A stretch of 248,000 nucleotides of DNA from Wallemia ichthyophaga EXF-994 (taxonomy: Eukaryota > Fungi > Basidiomycota): the NCBI RefSeq assembly GCF_000400465.1, contig NW_008806280.1, positions 20,001-268,000 on the forward strand, read 5' to 3'. The translations under genes and the position numbers were made by a program. How positions within the stretch are numbered: position 1 is the stretch's first letter; each line of letters begins with the position of its first letter. The notes beneath the pieces were generated by a model that was not told the origin of the DNA, searched no databases, and was given only the letters and a program-made list of their open reading frames with translations. Shown here in pieces: positions 206,064-219,400 of this stretch.

Positions 206064-207378
206064 TTACTTGGCATTTACATACCCCAACTCATTCAATCCC
206101 TCTTTCACCACTTGTAACACTCTGTCCACATCTTGTCTCTTCTCATTCACTACACTTTCACCCATGTGTCCCACTCTCATGTATTGATCCTTGCAATCCT
206201 TATGCAATCCACCTGCAGCGACGACACCTCTCTTAACAATACACTTGAGTAAGTCTGCACCTTTTACACCGCTTGGATAGACAATAGTTGTCATTCCATT
206301 GGCTTGATATCCCTCATCACAGGCAAGCTGTTTCAATCCCCAGCTGTGGATAACTTTCTTGAAATTGTTTGAAACTTCCTTGTGCTTTCTGAAGCGATGT
206401 TCCAAGCTACAATGGCTATTCTCAACTATAGCCTTGAGTGTTGTGTTAAGTGCATATATCAGTTGTACTGGTGGTGTAGCAAAGTAGGCTGGTTGATTAC
206501 TCTCGTATGCTCTCATTACGGGCAGCCAGCGAGACCAGTTAGCATAGTAGCTTGATGCTGGTGATTTTCTAGATTGCTGTACTTTAATAGCTCTTTCAGA
206601 CGCCCAAACTAGCGATAAACCAGGTGGAGCACCGATTCCTTTCTGAGATGCGCTGACAATTACCTGTGCATTAACGTTAGAAGCAGGCCATATGTTAGCT
206701 TTCACCCACATCGATGCTCCAGTCATCGAATCTGATCAACTCCGATCCAACGCTACACACACCATCGAGTACAACTAAACAGTGAGGTTGCAATTGTTTG
206801 ACGACCTTTGCAACTGTTTCAATATCACTCAAAACACCAGTAGAAGTGTCTACGTGAGTTAAAGTGACTAACTTGTATTGCTTTTGCTTTAAAGTGTCTT
206901 GCAATTGATCAATCGAGACGGATCTACCGATTTGGCACTTTAGATGATCAACGTTGCCACCATAGACACTGAGGCAATTCCCAAACTCATCGCCAAAGTA
207001 GCCTGTGTTGATGACTAAGGCGTTATCGCCTGACTCTATAAGATTGCTGCCAACTTGATCCCAACCTAGTGTACCGCTGCCGGAGACGATAAATGGCTGG
207101 GCTGAGTCGCTGTAGACCAAGCTCCTGAGCATCTTGATACAGTGCCCAAACACAGGTATAAAGTTGGGTGACACGTGGGATACTGAGGGATGGGCATTTG
207201 CGTAAAGTACCTTAGATTATTAGGATTAGATTAATGTACTTGATGGGCTAGCAGAATAACAGCGCAACCCACTTCATCGGAAACTTCTATTGGTCCTCTA
207301 CATCAAGTCAGCCAACACAGGCAATGCACGTGTCACCTACGGTATAACCAGCAGCGAGTGGTCCTCTTGCTTAAACAT
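206064..207378 (-). CDS. AGX1: Alanine-glyoxylate aminotransferase
   Basis: IPGPIE; GSGTLGWD; HVDTSTGVL; SASQKG. Confidence 0.92.
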
Positions 207379-207576
207379 TGGTGTAATTATATGTTGACTG
207401 ATTTGGTTCAACCGCTCCACTGCGTGCCCCGTCATTCTATACTATCTCCGTTTTCCTGTCACACGCCGATAAACGGGACTCCTTCGCGACACCGTGCAAA
207501 TGTCATTAAAAATTAAATAATTTACTCAAATCTGTACAGATGCAGTTTGCTATCCAATTTTATTCAATCGATACCT

Positions 207577-210500
207577 TTATTCTTCCTCGCCGGCGTAAGA
207601 AACATTTGCCTCAGCTGACTCGGCAATTTCATTTGTCTCATTTGTCTCATTTGTCTCACTCTTCAGCTGCTCCTCCGCATCCACTCTAGCTTTCCCTCCG
207701 ATGCTCCTGTTCGTGCGCTTCCTATAAAACAACAAGTACGCTGCTCGTGTTTTCACACTGTCTTTGTCCACCTTGGACACGAACGAGTCGTCGAAATGGT
207801 AGAACTCTTTAGAATCATGGTTGCGTGCGTAAGAAGTGTAGTGTCCACCACCGAGCCCACCGCTGTTAGTCGTTAGATAGTCAATCGTATCATCAACCAC
207901 TCCACCCACTAATGATTGTCGATGGCATACAGATCATACACTGCATCCTCTTCACTGTTCTCAATTCCAACGTCTGCTGGGTTGCCGCCGTTCAATCTAA
208001 TCTCTTTAGCCACTTGCTTCTCCCCAATCCTGTCATCGATATTGAATTCTTCCACAGGGAAGTCAACAAGCTGATCTAATTTATCGCGATTGTATCTCGA
208101 ACTTGCGAATCTTTTGAGGTGAACAACCAACACATCAGGTACTTTCCAGAGATCGAACTTCTTTGTTGCCTGTTGATGCTTTTTACATTTGGAACAATAC
208201 CAAAGGTCTTCTTCACCCAGCTTCTCTTCCTTTGTGAATTCGTCCAAGCAATCCTCAATTGTTATGTTCTTGCTTGGGTTCTTCACCGTCTCTCTCGACT
208301 GCACCATCTCTGGATCTTGGATTATCTCAAATTCTTCCCACTTTTCTGAACTGAGATCATTACCGAACACCTTCTCAGCTACTTCTTGATTCCATTCCAC
208401 TACAATAGCTTCGCCGAATTTTATTAATGAGATACTTTTCTGACGATCACTATCCACTGTCGAATACATTTCTTCGACGCTCTGTGAAGGAGTTGATTGT
208501 ACATCACCACCTTCTTTCATCTTGGAATCACCCTCCTCATCAATTTCCTTCACATCTTCAATATGCTCAATGTGCTCGATGTTTTGAGCGGCTTGTGCTG
208601 ATAAAGATGTAGATTGTAATAACTTCTCAGCGATTCCAGCCCTGACCTTGAGATCTGACTTTTTGTTACGTTCATATTGTGAGTTTCTTCCAGTGTTAAC
208701 ATCTGATGATCTAGAGAGGTAGCTAGAGCTGGATGGGGCTTCTAAATGTCTAAGTGTAACACTATCTCTATTGTCTTTGATCTGATTAAAGGTCCCTTTA
208801 TCTACGACAAAGTGTGCATACCTCTCCATGATAGCTTGGTAAATCTTGTCGAAATTCTGTGCATCAACTATAGGCAAAGCAATCATCATAGGTTTACCAA
208901 AAACATCACCGCTTGAATAAGTCGAAGAGTTGTCTTGGAATGCTGATGAGTATACAGGACATATCACCCAATCAGTTTCAAACACTCTGTTAACTTTATC
209001 CTTTCTATCTTGTGGTATGTGTATTGGTAACTCATAAACGAAGCATATATCACCTGTTTGCATTTCACTGACCAATTCATCGTCTAAGAATGTTTTGAAA
209101 ATATTTCCTTTGTACTCTTCAGCGACCCATAAGTTGGTTGATTCAACACCAGTAAGTGACGACACCTTATTCTTCAAACCTTTGAAAGATGAATTTGTAG
209201 AAAGCTCCAAGTCAATTCTTAACCTCTTTTTGTTATAATCAAATGGAATAAAGTAAACACTTCCATACCATTTTGACTTAATTGGCAGCGGTAACGTCAA
209301 ATACATGAATGGATCAAAAGTTATTGAAACCCTGTCACATTCAGGACAATTGACGGTAGATTTGAATTGACCTTGGAACAAATCAACAATAATACTATCG
209401 TTCCTTTGCTTATATAAGTCCCAGCAAACTTTGCCCAATTTTGCTACATCAACGGCACTACCGCCCTCCCAGTCAGGTATCTCAGTGTATGGCTTTTTCT
209501 TAATTCTGTTGAGATCTTCATGCAAGCCATCTAGAAGAAAAGCCAGAAACTCTTGCGTATCTTGCTGACCATAGCCTGCAAATGATGGTGCAAACTTAGA
209601 CAAGGTGTACTTGAATTCACGGGGTGCAACCGAGGATGAGACGCCGTACCAAAGTTTGTTAATCAATTGACCGAAGGATTCAGCTACTTGGCCTGACATA
209701 CCCAGTGGATTATCTGGGTTTAACTCTTTCTCGAAAAGTCCACTCAAGAAGTAAATACTCAGCTCTGACGTGTTACTCAAGCATTGTAAGGCTGAGTTCA
209801 TAAAGCAAGTGTTGCCCAAATTCTGCAATCCTACCAAACCTTTGGTTTTGACCTTTTGTTGAGATGTTTGTGAACGTGTCATCACTTTAGAGTCTTGAGA
209901 AGGATACTGCTGTTGTTGCTGCGATTCAAGTCTATCAATGAGGCCAGGTTTTCCGAATGGTTGACTCAGCATCTTTTGTTCGTAGTCGTCGTAAACCCAA
210001 TTGCCTAGTTTATCACAGACTTCTAAACAGAATGTCCCACCATCTTCGAGCATTGCTTCATTTATTTTCATGTTACCGTTTGACGTTTCAATGGCCTCTC
210101 TTTCCGAGTTGGGGAGGTAGTATAATGTATCAATCTTGATTGGCGATGAGATGTTGTACGGTACGCGCCAAAGACGTGCTCTATAGGAGATATCTGATGA
210201 GTCGTTGACCATGTCAGGATAGAGCGTTGCGATTGACATGTTGAGTAGCGTTGACAGTGGTGATTCGATTGAAAGGTTAAACTTTATCTCCTGCTCGGAT
210301 ACAACCAACGTAGATGACGATTGCGATTGTGATTCAATAGCTATAATTCTGAATGTAGGCGGGTAAAGTTCAACTCTCTCTGAATTTGCCATTTCCGATG
210401 TCTTAACGACTACACGCTGGATGAGAGGACCATTGTAGCCAAAGCTGATAATTTTATTAACTTGTTGAATCGATATTGATATTCAAAAGCACGTACCATT

Positions 210501-210927
210501 CGTCCAACTTCTTGTTAACGTGTTCCGGAACCATTTCAATATGCTCACCGAGTTGTAGATTTGGTAATAAATAGCAATCATCGGTAATAATTTCAGTTGG
210601 AATTGGACCAATTTCATCAGATATCTCGCCTTTTACGCGTTTTTCTAATAGATCGAGCCAATTTTTAGGGATAACATACCAAATGTCACCTTGCTCTAGA
210701 GGATAGGACAAAGCAGTGTAAATGAGATTCCAAATTTGAGATAAATCTTGAGAAATAGAGAGATCCTGAACGTTGTCTTGGATTGAAGGAGTTGTTGGCT
210801 GCTCAATTTCAATTTGAGCGTCGTCAGCGATTTCACCTTCGCGCTCTTCTGAGTTGTTGCGCTTCGAAGGGCTCTCAGAGTGATGTACACCTTCTAAATC
210901 TCTAAAGCTGCGCTTATTCGATACCAT
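207577..210927 (-). CDS. UBP12: Ubiquitin-specific protease (USP4/15-like)
   Basis: DUSP; [17 protein letters not shown]; GGGHYT. Confidence 0.93.
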
Positions 210928-211001
210928 CTCTGCGCGCGCGGATGATGATCGTTACGAAGAATTGAGCGGAGTACTCGCGTTTCTCCTAACAGTCATTTAA
211001 T

Positions 211002-211916
211002 ATGGAAGATATAAAGCAATTTTATTTTGAGGGTGAGAATTGCTGTATTCTGATTGGCCGAAGTAAATTTACATGCATTCCAGGCTCACATGAGCAAGTT
211101 ATCGACTCAGTTGATAGTTCAGCACTGGACACGCTCCAAGATCGCATTAATCTCATTTACTCTGTGAGATCTCATATCGCTCTTCAGAAAACTTTGCCAT
211201 ATATCCACCCTGAAGCCATTGAATCACACATAGAATTGCGGGTTTTGGACGCATATACCAACTACATCACCGCTAAAGAACAGACAGAATCTTTGGATAT
211301 CCTCAGGGACTGCTTGATAGAGCTTGAGTCTGAGGAGCATCCGTTTAAAGGTCTTCTCAGTGTTTTGGCTGCCTCAGTCTTCTGGCAGGGTGGTGAAATC
211401 GAAGAGGCGCTCTCAACTTTAGGCGCAGGCCAAGGTGTAAAAGATGTAGAATGCGTAGCTCTTCTTATACAGATCTATATCACCATGAACAGACTCGATT
211501 TGGCGAAGAACGAGTACCAGCACGCTCGTACATGGGCTGATGATAATTACCTCATTCAGCTGTCTGAAGCTTGGTTGGGCCTTGCTGGTGCATCCACATC
211601 CGCGAATATTGGTTATGAACATGCTTACTACATTCTCGAAGAACTCCCAGATAGAGAGAAGCCATACAATAAATTACTCAGAGCGATAGCTCACGCAGCA
211701 CTCAGTCACTTTGATGAGGCGCAGGTTGAGCTTGACGCTCTCAGTCTAGATGACGAAAACACGCTGACTAACACCATTGTCATTTCCACACACTTGAACA
211801 AAGATACCAAGACGCTGATTGATAAACTGCGCTCTATTAACTCAAACAACCCTCTTATAAAAGGATTAGATGCAAAGAGCAACGAATTTGACAGTCTATC
211901 AAAGCAATTTATGTAA
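211002..211916 (+). CDS. SEC28: Coatomer epsilon subunit
   Basis: TPR-like; W.DD..L.QL.EAW. Confidence 0.82.
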   Translation: MEDIKQFYFEGENCCILIGRSKFTCIPGSHEQVIDSVDSSALDTLQDRINLIYSVRSHIALQKTLPYIHPEAIESHIELRVLDAYTNYITAKEQTESLDILRDCLIELESEEHPFKGLLSVLAASVFWQGGEIEEALSTLGAGQGVKDVECVALLIQIYITMNRLDLAKNEYQHARTWADDNYLIQLSEAWLGLAGASTSANIGYEHAYYILEELPDREKPYNKLLRAIAHAALSHFDEAQVELDALSLDDENTLTNTIVISTHLNKDTKTLIDKLRSINSNNPLIKGLDAKSNEFDSLSKQFM

Positions 211917-211974
211917 AAGCATCACCAATGACTCAAAAATTTTCATGAATTCAGTTTCTAAAGATTAAAATAGT

Positions 211975-213005
211975 TTACGCGATACCAGCGGCCTTAGCTG
212001 ATTTGAGAATAGCAGCACCAATTTCACCTGGGGACTCAACAACAACTGCACCTGCGTTTCTGAGAGCGTTAATCTTAGTCTCAGCCTTACCGACACCACC
212101 ACCAGAGATGACAGCACCAGCGTGACCCATTCTACGGCCAGGTGGAGCTGAAACACCAGCGATGAAACCGACAATTGGCTTGTTGTGAATATTGTTTTGC
212201 TTGATGTATTCTGCAGCTTCTTCTTCAGATGAACCACCAATCTCACCAATCAAAACGACAGCCTCAGTCTTTGGATCGTGAAGCAAGAGTTTAAGGGCAT
212301 CGACGTGGGTGGTACCTGGGAAAGGATCACCACCAATACCCAAACAGATAGATTGACCCAAACCGACTTCAGAGGTTTGTTGGACAGCTTCATAAGTGAG
212401 AGTACCAGATCTAGACACGATACCGACCTTTCCTGGTGAGTGGATGTACCCAGGCATGATACCAATCTTGCAGCCGTCAGGATTTATGACACCAGGGCAG
212501 TTTGGACCAAGAAGACGAGATTTAGTTTGTTGGCGGAGTACGTGAGCAACCTTGATTTCATCAGCTTGAGGGATACCTTCAGTAATAGCGACGATCAAGC
212601 CGATTTCATTCTCGATGGCTTCGATTATAGCATTGGCAGCGAAAGGAGGAGGAACGTAGAGGACGGTAGCATCAGGTTTAGCTTCACGGGCAGCTTCCTT
212701 GACAGATCCGAAGACAGGTAAACCCAAGTGCTCAGTGCCTGCCTTTGAAGGACTGACACCGCCAACCATGTTGGTACCGTACGAAATGGCTTCTCTGCAG
212801 TGGAAGGTAGCAGTTTTACCTGTGAATCCTTGACAGAGAACTCTAGTGTCCTTATTTACAGCGAGGTTTGGGATGGATTGGTCGTAGAGGTTGTTCGTGC
212901 GTCTAGCAGAGGTGCTAAGAGAGCGGCGACCTTTAAGAATGTCAGCGTATGCTTAAAAAGCCTGTTAATCCACTCACCGACGCTGTTTACAAGATTTTTA
213001 AACAT
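211975..213005 (-). CDS. LSC1: Succinyl-CoA ligase alpha subunit
   Basis: QGFTGK; GPNCPG; RRMGHAGA. Confidence 0.95.
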
Positions 213006-213312
213006 GATCGTTTTGGTGTAAGCGTCTATAGGAGCGGATGGGTTCACTTGCCGTGATTAACCGCAAATTTAACGAGCAGCGTGAGAGTGGATGTACAATA
213101 ATTTGCACCAAGCCAAATAGCGCTATTTGTACTTGAATATACAGCGCTGTGCCTTGTGTACTGTGTGCCCATCAACAATTCGTATAAACCGTATAAATGG
213201 GTTTGAGTATGAGCAAATACTACGCCAATCAAATATCGCTTGCAACTGTATCCCCCACATTCCCCTCGTACCTTCTCACGAATACCATCGCTTTTGAACA
213301 TTTACACCCAGG

Positions 213313-213694
213313 ATGGCCGAAAACGAGACGAACGCCAACGACGGCAAAGTAAATCTCAAAGTCGCTTACAGCCAGGGTATGTCTATAAGATATTCAAATA
213401 CGCGCATATTCTTATTCCACTCTTCTTCTCCCAGGCGGTAGTGAAGATGAAATACAATTCTCGGTAAAGCCAACAACAAAGCTTGGTAAAATATTTGCTG
213501 CTTTCTGCCAAAGAACTGGTCAAGATCAATGTGCGTTTCCTTTGCCCTTTTGCACCTCCTCTCACTCCACCACAGCCACTGTTAGATTCACATTCAACGG
213601 CGACAGATTGGATCCAGACGATACCGTCAAGCAATATGAAATGGAAGACGACGACCAATTACAGGCCCACGTCTCCCAAATTGGCGGCCTTTAA
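213313..213694 (+). CDS. SMT3: SUMO
   Basis: Read by hand: KVNLKV..EIQFSVKPTTKL..FNGDRL..QIGG. Confidence 0.88.
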
Positions 213695-213879
213695 ATTCCT
213701 CACACCATCGATGTCCTCACGCCTAGTGAAAAGTTTCACCGAACGATTGAAGCATTGTGTATAATTAATAAATCTACCATTCCAGCACTCGCCGCTGTAC
213801 ATAAATTGTCCTATTTATCATTTTCCTTGTATGTCTGCTAGCAGCGCAACATAAACTTAAAGTTGTGCACATAAATTCA

Positions 213880-216420
213880 TTCAAGTCGTGCGGTGGTGCT
213901 TAATTAGCACAATCATAAATACGCCTCTACATCGCGACGCGTCATCAGATATTTCAACCGTGATTGTGTTGTAAAGTAATAAGTTATGACAAAAAAATAC
214001 AAAATCAATCCTTCTACGCCTGTAAACTAGTCCAGTATGCATCTTGACTTGGGATCGACGATAGCCCAGTCGTATAAGCCAACTCAATCCCCCTATCGTG
214101 TATATAGTGATCGCTGATTCTGGTCCATGGTCCAGGTATACTGCCCTTGGTTGCATGGTGCGCCTCATAGAAGAGCTTTATCCCAGGCGCAATCGATGAC
214201 TTGCTCTCGTTGGACGTATCCATAATCATCACAGCTTGAACTACATCGAGTATCACCTGGCGCACTCGTCAGAGGTTTAAAGCTGTTAGAGGAAAACTCA
214301 CCTCCGTTAGTCCGATATTATGATTGTTGGTCTCCCAAAGTAATCTTGGTAGGTTGTTGAACCAACCTGTCAACATCTTATCCTGCTCTGAGTTGTTGAT
214401 CAATTTGAATTGCCCCTTATAATCCATTTCATATTGAGTCAGATAGACCCTGGCGATAAATTCCACAGACAACAACTTAGTCTCGGATTTAATACCCGCT
214501 TGAGTGCAGTGGGTGAGTAATGCTTCTAGAATTAATTTCGAAGCGTCGACTGAGTTTGGAAGATTCAATAAAGCCCAGAATGATGATACAAGACACCTGT
214601 ATGTGTCCGCAGTCACTGTTAATCCCATTGGTTGAGCAGCTGTTGTCATCTAGAGGATCATCAGCAAGAGATGATAGATAAGAGAAAAACTGACGTTTCC
214701 ACTTAACATACTGCTAAGCCACTCGCAAACATTATTCATCTGTACTTGAATGTTTTTGTCTAATTTTTGCTCACGCTTGCTAGCACCACTCGAAACTCCC
214801 TCTCTGGATGACTGCGACAACAACAAAGACGAGACTAATTCGCAGTATAGAACATTCAGCTGGAGCATGTACTGATCGACTTCCATTGCTTGCTTTTGAA
214901 GGAAGTCACCGCCAAATGGGAAGTACTTTGACATGTGAGTGAGAATTATACTCAACTCCTTCTCTATTATGTGTCTTTCTGAACAATTACGTAGCAAGTA
215001 GCCGTAAGTTTCCCTACATATTTCCACTACAGCCGTTATTGACTCCAGGTGGATCGAATCCGGGGGTGTATTGGACATGGTAAAGACCGAGGGTGCCGAT
215101 TCAAGAAATACCGAGACGATGACACTAAATAATGACTGAGTCAATGACTATATTATCGTCAGCTACCTATATGTCACTATATGAGACTTACCAAGACGTC
215201 AGCTTCAGCTGGTGTGAAATTCGAAGCTGATTGGGTGGATTCGAGCAACCCAATAGCATTGTTGAGCTCATCGGACGTCAAGCTACCACCAGCTTCCATA
215301 ATTTCAGACTTGTAACCGCTCATACATCCTTTCCAGGCATCATGACTACTATGCCATTGTACAGTTTCTTTACCAGTATCACAGTAAGCAGATCTCCGTA
215401 TACGTTTAACAAAAACGTCGAAAGCCGGCTGAGAAGCAAAAGCGGATGCAAATGGCCAAAGAGGTAGTTTGTCTGAGGCGTCGTTGGAAGAGAGGGCGGT
215501 CTTGAGGAACTTTGAGAGTGACTTGAGAACAACCAATCTAGACTGATGGTGTGTTAGAGTTGTATGTATCGAATGAAATAGCTCACCTTGACACTAAGCG
215601 TGAACATAGCATTGGCGGTAGTGGTGACGGTTGAGCCAGCAGCAGGACCCTTATCGTCGCCCTTTGCGCTAAGCAAAGCCAAGTAGCATTCAATAATCTG
215701 CCTGCCGCCTATAGACGTAGGATTGGTGGAAGAAGAAGCAACTGCCCAGCCATTTATGACGAATTGGGGAATGAAATCGATGAGAATGTCAAGGAACTTA
215801 ATGCTGTCCAATCTAACCTCTGGGAAAATGTGAGAGAGACCAGAAGCAGTGAATAAAAGAAGGATAGAGGAGTAAGGGGTCCAACTTGGCTTAGGGATTC
215901 TAGGAAACAAATCTGAAGCCAGGGAATGGAGAGCTCTACGAACGGCAGCATCTTCATCAACGATAAGCTTAGTGATACCATCGAATATAGATGTTAGATT
216001 TGGGTTTATTGTGCTTGGGTAGCTTGTTATCAATTCGCGAAGACCCAAAACGCCGTCTGGTGGGAGTTGGTAAATGGATTATTGGCTAAAGGATAGAAAG
216101 CCCACCTCTTCTCATATTTGGAGAATAATGCTTCAAATGAACCAACAAGTCTTTCAACGTTAAATTACGCTTTGTGTGTGGTTCATTCTCATCAACGTCC
216201 TTGAGAATACTCTGTCCAGGCAAAGCAACGGCTAATGTGGGTTAGATACACACACTATCAGTACACCCAACTGACATCTTGCTTTAAATGAAGTATTCGT
216301 CGAATTCGTTGCCGCCTGCTTCCCTTTACCAAGCTTTGTTTTCTGCTTCTATTTTACTTGTTAAATTATTCAAAATCTCAGGCAATCACAAACTCTGAAA
216401 TCTGGCGCCTGCTTTGGCAT
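213880..216420 (-). CDS. IPI1: Rix1-complex subunit Ipi1/TEX10
   Basis: KLGKGK..TNTSFKAR; DEDAAVR; HIFPEVRLDS. Confidence 0.85.
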
Positions 216421-216482
216421 CTTGGTGGTTAACACTCAACCATCATCTCCCACGCGTATACCCAATTCTCATTTATCAAAAT

Positions 216483-219400
216483 ATGAATTCGACTCAGCCA
216501 CAGAGGTTAGCTTTTTATTCATTCTGGCCAATCAAATCTCATTTTCCCCTAGAGATGCTCTATCTGGTACTGCCCATGTAGAGCTGCTCGGCAAGTCACT
216601 CAATATAAATCAGCGCATGGGCGTTTTTGGTGGGTTTTATCGGTTCATATGGCAATTCTAATTTCAATTTCAGTTACCAGCAATCCCGGTGAGCCACTCT
216701 CCATTGCATTCCTCTCCTCTCTAACCGCGTACAGGTTACGCCGGTCGCAGTAATTTACCAGACAATCTCAAGAAATTATTCAGATCTCAGGCTATGACTC
216801 ACCCTGATAGAGAATCTATCGCCCAAGTCATGCTTTTCTCGCAAGGTTTCAGATCCGCCGAAAAGCTCGCCTCTAAGATTGTCCCCTTTTTCGTTCTCTG
216901 CGCCGAGCAGCTCTCTCCTCAGCCTCACTATGATTTTGGCCTTCGTGCTCTCAAGGCTGTCCTCATTTCCGCCGGTAATCTCAAGCGTGATCGTATCTTA
217001 TCCTCTGTTGACACCCCCAACCAAGGCGAGAACAGCCTTATCGAACAAGAAATACTTATTCAAAGCGTTACTGAAACTATCGTCCCAAAACTCGTCGCTG
217101 AGGATGTCCCCTTACTCACTAACCTCTTATCAGACGTTTTTCCAGGTGTTGAATACGTACCCGTCGATTTGTCTGCTTTGAAAGAAAAAATTGCTCTTGT
217201 TTGCTCCGAGAGGAAGCTCGTTAAAGGTGACTTATGGCTCACCAAGGTTTTGCAACTTTACCAGATTCAACGCATTCAGCACGGTTTGATGATGGTTGGT
217301 CCCGCTGGTACTGGTAAAACTCAAGCTTGGCAGGTATTATCTCAAGCTTTAGAAAGACTTGACGGCGTTGAAAGCGTTTCTTACGTCATTGATCCCAAAG
217401 CAATGTCCAAAGAAGCGCTTTACGGTACCCTTGATCAAACCACACGTGAATGGAACGACGGCCTTTTCACCCATATCTTGCGCAAAATCGTCGATAATGT
217501 TCGCGGTGAAAGCTCAAAAAGACATTGGATCATCTTTGATGGTGATGTTGATCCTGAATGGGTTGAGAACCTCAACAGTGTTCTCGATGACAACAAGCTT
217601 CTCACTCTCCCCAACGGTGAGCGTCTCAATCTGCCATCCAACGTTAAGATTATGTTTGAAGTCGAGCATCTAAAGTATGCAACTCCTGCAACTGTCAGTA
217701 GATGTGGTATGATTTGGTTTAGCGGTGATGCTGTCACACAGGAAATGTACTGTACAAACTATCTTGATACCCTTGCAAACATGCCTCTCGATGGTGATGA
217801 AGAGACTGGCATCGATATGACAGTGCGGCGTGGCGAGGTTATTTCAAACAAAAACCACCAGACTTCTCCTTCACTTCAACTTCAAAGAAATGTGGTGGAC
217901 ATTCTCAAGCCTTCTTTTCAGCCAGGCATGATAGTAGACAGTGCACTAAAACATGCTGCTACTTACGAGCACATAATGGACTTCACCTTCATGCGCGCAC
218001 TCACTACGCTCTTCTCACTTATCAATAAATCTATAAGAAATGTTATTGATCACAATCTCCAACATTCAGATTTCCCCCTTTCAATTCAACACGTTGAGCA
218101 ATACATCAACAAGCGCCTTTTAGTAGCTATTGTTTGGGCTTTTACAGGCGACACAAAATTAGACCTCCGTCTTGAAATGGGTGACTATTTACGGGGTCTC
218201 ACGACAATTGAGTTACCAATAATTGGTGATGGTATGTCCTTAATAGACTTCGATGTAAACGTGGCTACTTCAGACTGGTTCAATTGGACAGAGAAAGTTC
218301 CTACAATCGAACTAGAGACTCATGCTGTTACTGTTGCTGATGTGGTCGTTCCTACCGTTGATACGATCAGACATGAGGAGGTTCTCTATTCTTGGCTGTC
218401 TGAACACAAACCTCTGATGCTCTGTGGGCCACCAGGATCTGGTAAAGTAAGTATTTTCACCTATGTCAAGATTTATACTAATGTTCAATTTAGACAATGA
218501 CACTCTTCTCTGCATTACGTAAATTACCAGATATGGAAATTGTTGGACTTAACTTCTCATCTGCTACCACGCCAGAGCTCATTTTGAAAACATTCGAACA
218601 ATACTGTGAACTTCGTAAAACACCAAATGGAAATGTATTGGCTCCATCTCAAATCGGTCGTTGGTTGGTGGTTTTCTGTGATGAGATCAATTTGCCGGCC
218701 TTAGACAAGTATGGTACACAAAAGGTTATCTCTTTCCTGCGTCAATTAGTGGAATCGAACGGTTACTGGCGCACATCTGATATGACATGGGTGCAGCTGG
218801 AACGAATTCAATTTGTTGGTGCATGTAACCCACCTACTGATCCTGGACGTGTTCCACTGACCCAAAGATTCCTTAGACACGCACCACTTGTCATGGTCGA
218901 CTATCCCGGTGAAATATCTCTCAACCAAATTTACGGCACATTTAATCGCGCTTTACTCAAGTCGGTCCCTCAATTGCGCGGCTATGCTGAGGCTTTGACT
219001 GGTGCAATGGTTGAACTTTATCTTGAGTCACAGAGAAGGTTTACGGCTGATATTCAAGCTCACTATATCTATTCACCACGTGAATTGACTCGTTGGGCTA
219101 GAGGCATCTTTGATGCGATAAAACCATTAGATACGCTTACAGTTGAAGGTCTTGTCAGAATATGGGCACATGAGGCTCTTCGTCTCTTCCAAGACAGGCT
219201 TGTTGGCGCAGATGAGAGAAAGTGGACAGATGAACGCGTTGATTCTATTGCTTTAAAGCACTTCCAGAATATCGAGAGCGAAAGTGCGCTTTCCAGGCCA
219301 ATTCTTTTCTCCAATTGGTTGTCTAAGAATTACGTCTCTGTTGATCGTGAGGAATTGAGAGAATTCGTTAAGTCCCGTTTACACATATTCGAAGAGGAAG